A stretch of 38,623 nt of DNA from an archaeon (GTDB lineage: Archaea > Nanobdellota > Nanobdellia > Pacearchaeales > GW2011-AR1). The first letter of the stretch is position 1, and every line of letters begins with the position of its first letter. The stretch spans positions 1 through 38,623 of the forward strand of contig DAOWDJ010000008.1 of assembly GCA_030639065.1 (NCBI GenBank), given 5' to 3'. This document shows, piece after piece, positions 33,980 to 38,623 of the stretch. The notes beneath the pieces were generated by a model, which was given only the letters and a program-made list of their open reading frames with translations, had not been told where the DNA came from and did not search any database. The translations under genes and the position numbers were made by a program.

Positions 33980-36382
33980 TTAAATAAATTCTACTTTGAA
34001 TTCTCCTTCTTTAAATTTTTTGGTGTTAGTTACATCTTGCAAATCCTGCAATGTTTCTCCTAGTTTCTTAACGGTGTCTTTATCCAATGTTAAAGAAATC
34101 TCCGAATTCATAGATTTTTGAGCAACAGTTTTAGCATGACGGACCTTAGATAAAACTTCTACAAATCTATTAAAAGTTTCAGATATTTTCGCTTTTCTAT
34201 TAAATTCTGGCCAATTCGAGATGTGGATTGATTTGTCACCCTCAGTTTTTTTGAAGTAAATCTGATAGATCTCTTCAGTAATAAACGGCATAATTGGAGC
34301 AAAAAGTTTTAGAATGGTTAACAAAGATTTGTAAAGCACATATTGAGCTGAAAGTTTTTTGTCTCCGCTCTCGTTATAAATTCGTTTCTTTACAATTTCA
34401 ATATAATTGTCTGCAAAATCTGACCAGAAAAATCTTTCAATGTTATCTTTCGCATATGAATAATTGTAATCCTCAAAATGAGTTGTAACCGATTCGACTA
34501 AATTATCTAGATGTTTCAAAAACTCATCATCGATTTTTTCTAATTTTTCTGGCTTCCTGTCATTATAATCTTCAAGATTCATAAATACAAATTTAGAGGC
34601 ATTCCAAAGTTTTGTTATTGTTTTTTTGCCAGCTGTTAATTCTGCTTCTGGGAAAGACAAATCTTCTCCGAGCTTGGAAGTAGCACATAAAAATCGTAAA
34701 GCGTCGGATCCCCATTGTTCGATTGTATCTTGTGGCGCAACTCCATTCCCTCTTGATTTTGCCATTTTTTTACCATCTTTTCCTAACATCCACCCGTTTA
34801 TCATTAATGTGTTCCAAGGATTTTTTTTATGGTGTAATTGAGATTTTAGAATACTGTTAAAATCCCAGAAAGTAATTATATCGTGACCATTTCGTCTAAT
34901 CGACATTGGTTCATTTTTTATTTTATTGTAAATTTTTGTATCCTTTAGTAAATCTTTTATAATTTCTGGTGTCAGCGAGGAAGTTGCCCATGTATTCATA
35001 ATATCTTTTTCTGGGACAAACTCAGAAGAATTACATTTAGGGCAGTTTTTTATTGGTGGTTTATCTTCAAGAGGGTCTACTGGTAAATCTTTTTCGTTAG
35101 CCACAATTATTTCATTACAATCTTTGCAGTACCATACAGGAAATGGAATCCCGAATGGAATTTGTCTTGATATGCACCAGTCCCACTTCAATCCTTTTAC
35201 CCAATTAGTATAACGATGTTGCATATATTCTGGATACCACTTAACTTTTTCTCCCCATTTTATCATATCTTCTTTTATGTCTAAATATTTTACAAACCAT
35301 TGTTTTGAATTTATGAACTCTATTGGAGTTCCGCACCTTTCGTGAACATTTACACTATGGTTTATTTTTTCTTGTTTGATTAATAATTTTGCATTTTTCA
35401 AATCTTTAATTATTTCTTCTCTTGCCTCTTCTATTTTCATGCCTTCATATTTTCCAGTTAATGAGGTCATCTTTCCATTTGGGGTAATTGCTTCTTTAAT
35501 TTCTAACTGATATTCTTTTTGCCATTCCATATCTGTTTGGTCGCCGAAAGTGCAACACATAACTGCACCGCTTCCTTTTTCTGGGTCTGCTTTTTCATCT
35601 GTTAGGATTGGAACTTCAAAATCAAATAGCGGAACTTTTGCTTTTTTGCCTATAATATCTTTGTATCTTTTGTCTGATTTGTTTACAAAAACACAAACAC
35701 AGGCTGGTAAAAGTTCTGGACGAGTTGTTGAAATTATTAAATCTTGATTTCCAATTTTGAAAACAATGTCATTAAATATTGTGTTTTTATCCACATCTTC
35801 AAGCTCTACTTGTGCGATTGTTGTTTGGCATTTCGTACACCACAGCGAGGGACATTCTGTTCTATATTCTCTTCCCATTTTGTATAAATCTATAAAACTC
35901 TTTTGAGAAATTCTTCTTGACCTTCTATCTATTGTTGAATAAAAAATATCCCAATCTGCTGAAATCCCTAGCCTTTTTGCATCGTTTAAAAATTGTGGAA
36001 TAAATTCTTCTTTAATGGTTTTTTGACAAAGCTCTATAAATTCCTCCCTTGTCATGTCTTTGGAATTTACTTTTTTTTCTTTTTCTACCAATTTTAGCGT
36101 TGGCAATCCATTATTATCTGTTCCAAATGGATTCAGAACATTAAAACCCTTCATTCGCTTGTATCTCGCAATAAAATCTTGTTGTGCGTCACCGAATACG
36201 TGTCCCATATGAAGTCGTCCTGAAATTGTTGGGGGTGGTGTATCAAATGAGAAAATTTCTTTTTCTGTATTAGTCGTATTAAATTTGAATATTTTTTCTT
36301 TTTCCCAAAATTGCATTATTCTTGGTTCAACTTCTGTAAAATCATAACCTTTTTTCTTGGGTTTTTGTTGGGTTTTTGTCAT
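33980..36382 (-). CDS. valS: Valyl-tRNA synthetase (archaeal type)
   Basis: TPPPTISGRLHMGH (HIGH), DFIARYKRMKGFNVL.PFGTDNNGLPT, an editing-domain region, KMAKS (KMSKS), and an anticodon-binding helical C-terminus. Confidence 0.85.
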   Translation of the reverse strand: MTKTQQKPKKKGYDFTEVEPRIMQFWEKEKIFKFNTTNTEKEIFSFDTPPPTISGRLHMGHVFGDAQQDFIARYKRMKGFNVLNPFGTDNNGLPTLKLVEKEKKVNSKDMTREEFIELCQKTIKEEFIPQFLNDAKRLGISADWDIFYSTIDRRSRRISQKSFIDLYKMGREYRTECPSLWCTKCQTTIAQVELEDVDKNTIFNDIVFKIGNQDLIISTTRPELLPACVCVFVNKSDKRYKDIIGKKAKVPLFDFEVPILTDEKADPEKGSGAVMCCTFGDQTDMEWQKEYQLEIKEAITPNGKMTSLTGKYEGMKIEEAREEIIKDLKNAKLLIKQEKINHSVNVHERCGTPIEFINSKQWFVKYLDIKEDMIKWGEKVKWYPEYMQHRYTNWVKGLKWDWCISRQIPFGIPFPVWYCKDCNEIIVANEKDLPVDPLEDKPPIKNCPKCNSSEFVPEKDIMNTWATSSLTPEIIKDLLKDTKIYNKIKNEPMSIRRNGHDIITFWDFNSILKSQLHHKKNPWNTLMINGWMLGKDGKKMAKSRGNGVAPQDTIEQWGSDALRFLCATSKLGEDLSFPEAELTAGKKTITKLWNASKFVFMNLEDYNDRKPEKLEKIDDEFLKHLDNLVESVTTHFEDYNYSYAKDNIERFFWSDFADNYIEIVKKRIYNESGDKKLSAQYVLYKSLLTILKLFAPIMPFITEEIYQIYFKKTEGDKSIHISNWPEFNRKAKISETFNRFVEVLSKVRHAKTVAQKSMNSEISLTLDKDTVKKLGETLQDLQDVTNTKKFKEGEFKVEFI

Positions 36383-36430
36383 ACTAATGGAAACGGGAAG
36401 TTATTTAAAAAAGTGTTGATTAGGAGACTT

Positions 36431-37024
36431 ATGGATGGGAAGTTGAAAATTTTGGCGGCTGGGGATTTGCACGGAAGTTTAGATATCGCGAAGAAATTGT
36501 CGGCAAAAGGGAAGAAGGAGAAAGTTGATTTAGTGGTCTTAGCTGGGGATATTTATGGATATGATGAAGGAGGGCCAGGAATTTTGAAGCCGTTTCGAGA
36601 CGCAGGACAGAAGGTTGTTTTTGTGCCGGGAAATTGTGATTTTGATGAAGAACATGAGATGTTGAGAAGAGAAGGAAAAAGTATTCATAATTATTATGTG
36701 ACTTATGGTGGTGTTGGGATTGCAGGAATTGGGAGTCCGGATTGGAAGTTGAGCTTAGATGATAGTGATTTGAATGAAATAAAGAAAAATTTTGAAATGA
36801 TGAAACCAGCTAAAAGAATTTTGGTTTCGCATTTACATGCTGAGGGCACGAAAGCGGAACTTTCTGGAATTCCTGGAGATGAGATTTTGAGAAAAGCAGT
36901 AAAGGATTTTAAGCCAGACTTGTTGATTAGTGCGCATATTCATGAAAGTGAGGGAATCGAGGATAAAATTGGGAAGACGAGGGTTGTGCAAGTTGGTAGA
37001 AAGGGGAAGATTTTGGAGATATGA
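36431..37024 (+). CDS. Calcineurin-like metallophosphoesterase
   Basis: GDLHG, GDIYG, GNCD, SHLH and AHIHE motifs. I prefer the ATG at 36431; the longer track ORF runs antisense into valS. Confidence 0.75.
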   Translation: MDGKLKILAAGDLHGSLDIAKKLSAKGKKEKVDLVVLAGDIYGYDEGGPGILKPFRDAGQKVVFVPGNCDFDEEHEMLRREGKSIHNYYVTYGGVGIAGIGSPDWKLSLDDSDLNEIKKNFEMMKPAKRILVSHLHAEGTKAELSGIPGDEILRKAVKDFKPDLLISAHIHESEGIEDKIGKTRVVQVGRKGKILEI

Positions 37025-37063
37025 GACGATTATCTTTATAAAGTGGTAACAGATAGGATAATC

Positions 37064-37873
37064 ATGGAAGGTTTAGGTTATTATTTTAAAGAACTTCATA
37101 AATACCCGTCATTAAATTTGGAAGAGGAATTAGTCCTCGGAGAAAGGATGAGTAATGGAGATGCGGATGCTAGAACTAAGTTGATAAATCATAACTTGGC
37201 ATCTGTTATATATGCTGCAAGAAAATATCAAGGAAGGGGTCTTGATTTTGAAGATTTGATTCAAGAAGGAAATATTGGGTTAATGAGTGCGACAGAAAAA
37301 TATGATTTTAGAAAGGGGTACCGATTAGGTTCTCATTCCGAGTCATGGATACATAAAGGTATACAGAAAGCACTCGGAGATACGTCTAGAGCAATAAGGT
37401 TGGGTTATCACACATGGAGCAAACTTAACAGAATACATTATCTTATTTCTAAAGAACATTCTTCAAAAGAGATAAGTGAAATAATGAGTTACCCTGAGAA
37501 GAAAATCACAAAACTAATGATAATATCTAAGGAAGAATCTCTTAATGATTCGAGGTCGTATAATAACGAAGACTACACATTAATGAGTACTCTCCCTTCT
37601 TCCCCTCATCACGATGAATACGATATAGAACAAGACAGGTGGATCTTACAGGGGGATCTTTTATCTATAGCAGAAAAGCTACCCTCAACACAGAGTCTCA
37701 TTATAAAAAAAACATTTGGGCTAGATGGGAACGGATTATATACACAAGAGGAAATAGGCGTGACACAACTTGATATAACTAGAGCGCGAGTTGGACAGAT
37801 AGAAAAAAGAGCCATTGAAAAATTGAGAAATATGCCAGAAACAAAAGAGCTCAGATATTCAGCTAGAAGATGA
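37064..37873 (+). CDS. Sigma-70-family RNA polymerase sigma factor homolog (regions 2, 3 and 4 present)
   Basis: Region 2: LINHNLASVIYAARKYQGRGLDFEDLIQEGNIGLMSATEKYD, then FRKGYRLGSHSESWIHKGIQKAL. Region 4.2 HTH: YTQEEIGVTQLDITRARVGQIEKRAIEKLRN. The ATG at 37064 is preceded by AGGA; a GTG at 37043 is an alternative start. Confidence 0.8.
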   Translation: MEGLGYYFKELHKYPSLNLEEELVLGERMSNGDADARTKLINHNLASVIYAARKYQGRGLDFEDLIQEGNIGLMSATEKYDFRKGYRLGSHSESWIHKGIQKALGDTSRAIRLGYHTWSKLNRIHYLISKEHSSKEISEIMSYPEKKITKLMIISKEESLNDSRSYNNEDYTLMSTLPSSPHHDEYDIEQDRWILQGDLLSIAEKLPSTQSLIIKKTFGLDGNGLYTQEEIGVTQLDITRARVGQIEKRAIEKLRNMPETKELRYSARR

Positions 37874-37875
37874 TT

Positions 37876-37967
37876 ATAACATTGGGGTTTAGAGAAGTTT
37901 TCGTAGCGTAGCGGAGAAAATTTGGGAAAATTGCGAGCCGAGCAATTTTCCTTTTAACCCATGTTAT
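37876..37967 (+). other. GC-enriched structured element just 3' of the sigma gene (long-range helix enclosing two hairpins); candidate ncRNA or terminator-like structure
   Basis: ataacat(t)ggg at 37876-37886 pairs with cccatgttat at 37958-37967. An internal perfect 10-bp hairpin is ggaaaattgc (37925-37934) / gcaattttcc (37942-37951) with a 7-nt loop. Confidence 0.25.
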
Positions 37968-38201
37968 GCGAGAGTGAGCCTAACGCAGTGAAGCGAAAGT
38001 GCAACGTCCCCTTGAGTTTCTGAGCACACTTATTTTTGGTATTTTAAAACTAAAATTATTCCTATGGTAAAAAGTATTATTGCTATTCCTATCGTTGCCC
38101 ATTCATAGCTTTTAATGAATTTATTGATAATAATAATGAACAATACTGCAATACCTATACAAAATAAGCCAATCCCTTGTTTTTTGTTTTTGATTCCATA
38201 A

Positions 38202-38417
38202 TTAATATTTTTTCTTTAATTTTTCAATATCTTCTTTCTTATCTATCCACTCTTCAGAAAAACCACAATTATTACATAGATATCTAGTAACTAATACTGC
38301 ATTCTTAACAAAAATACCCATCCTAATATTATTTCCAGCACCCCATGACTCAAATTTTCCAGGAATTCTAATTATTTTTTTTGATGAACATTTAGGACAT
38401 TGCTTTGAATTTTTCAT
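38202..38417 (-). CDS. Small zinc-ribbon protein (71 aa)
   Basis: CPKCSS...CNNCG pair of CxxC knuckles. I prefer the start at MKNSKQ; the upstream in-frame extension in the track looks non-coding. Confidence 0.5.
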   Translation of the reverse strand: MKNSKQCPKCSSKKIIRIPGKFESWGAGNNIRMGIFVKNAVLVTRYLCNNCGFSEEWIDKKEDIEKLKKKY

Positions 38418-38623
38418 AATATTAATTAATAAGTTAGTTATTAAAAACTTTTTGGTTTTTGGTGTGCTCAGAAATTTCACATAACAACGAGTTATATGTA
38501 TAAAAGTATATAAAACTCTCATATCTGTTTACTTCTCCTTTAATTTACCTGTCCTAGATTTTTTGTATTGCCTATTTCTTTAATATATAAAACCCCCAAC
38601 ATAAATTAATCTTTGATAATATG

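Noticed and set aside
37868-38023. Possible C/D-box sRNA: a gatgatt C-box-like sequence at the sigma stop codon and a ctga D-box at 38020.
   Set aside because: The C box does not fit RUGAUGA. The boxes are about 150 nt apart, whereas archaeal C/D sRNAs are about 50-70 nt. No C'/D' pair is visible.
38046-38200. A hydrophobic reading frame (..GIGLFCIGIAVLFIIIINKF...IGIAIILFTIGIILVLKYQK*) on the minus strand downstream of the zinc-ribbon gene.
   Set aside because: The frame has no ATG, GTG or TTG start, and the only in-frame ATG nearby hits a stop after 14 codons. It cannot be supported as a gene from sequence alone.
38017-38474. A 13-bp inverted repeat, tttctgagcacac (38017-38029) and gtgtgctcagaaa (38462-38474), flanks the zinc-ribbon gene and could be MITE- or IS-like termini.
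   Set aside because: My rough estimate is that one 13-mer inverted pair within a few hundred bp is close to chance expectation for a window this size. The match does not extend, there are no target-site duplications, and there is no transposase.
1-38623. CRISPR arrays, rRNA genes, IS elements, and integrase or transposase genes.
   Set aside because: I found no regularly spaced direct repeats, no rRNA-like GC-rich blocks, and no ORF with recombinase or transposase motifs. The only repeats are the short gene-end duplications and the cdc48 intragenic repeat reported above.
1-38623. The possibility that the contig is bacterial (for example CPR), given dnaK/dnaJ/grpE and a sigma-70 gene.
   Set aside because: B-family PolB with YSDTDS, aRF1 with GGQ, NIKS-type and YxCxxxF motifs, TFS, NAC, Sec61beta, Cdc48, type-2 MetAP and Sec11-type signal peptidase are all archaeal/eukaryotic-type. 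They are spread across the whole window, on both sides of the bacterial-like genes.

Overview
AT-rich, gene-dense chromosomal segment from an archaeon. The small-genome, DPANN-like lineage is my inference from gene content and composition. Archaeal markers: B-family PolB (3' part), aRF1, TFS, NAC, Sec61beta, Cdc48, type-2 MetAP, Sec11-type signal peptidase, an RPA32-like OB protein, ScpB and MinD. Also present are valS, metG, serS, tRNA-Lys(CUU), a bacterial-type grpE-dnaK-dnaJ operon, and a surface-glycan cluster (GtrA-like, two GT2, one GT-C-like). I saw no integrase, transposase, CRISPR array or rRNA. Main second-look items: (1) an intact sigma-70-family gene next to valS in this archaeal context; (2) three short gene-end duplications, at the polB 3' end, the tRNA-Lys 3' end and the 5' end of a PUA-like gene. 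Each has a perfect 19-26 nt core, and the two in coding sequence add flanking copies differing almost only at synonymous sites. They bracket inserts of about 100-500 bp and look like integration or cassette-insertion scars; (3) an unannotated 55-aa RHH-like gene tightly coupled to a TM-less LemA-like protein, with direct repeats in its promoter; (4) a membrane-anchored AlbA_2/Schlafen-type protein; (5) recurring operator-like palindromes, including a shared GGAY-N5-GTCC plus TATA module before two small envelope genes and a 17-bp perfect palindrome in the grpE/HTH divergent promoter; (6) a 93-nt perfect intragenic repeat linking the D1 and D2 Walker-A regions of cdc48. All function calls rest on motif recognition by eye; no database search was run.
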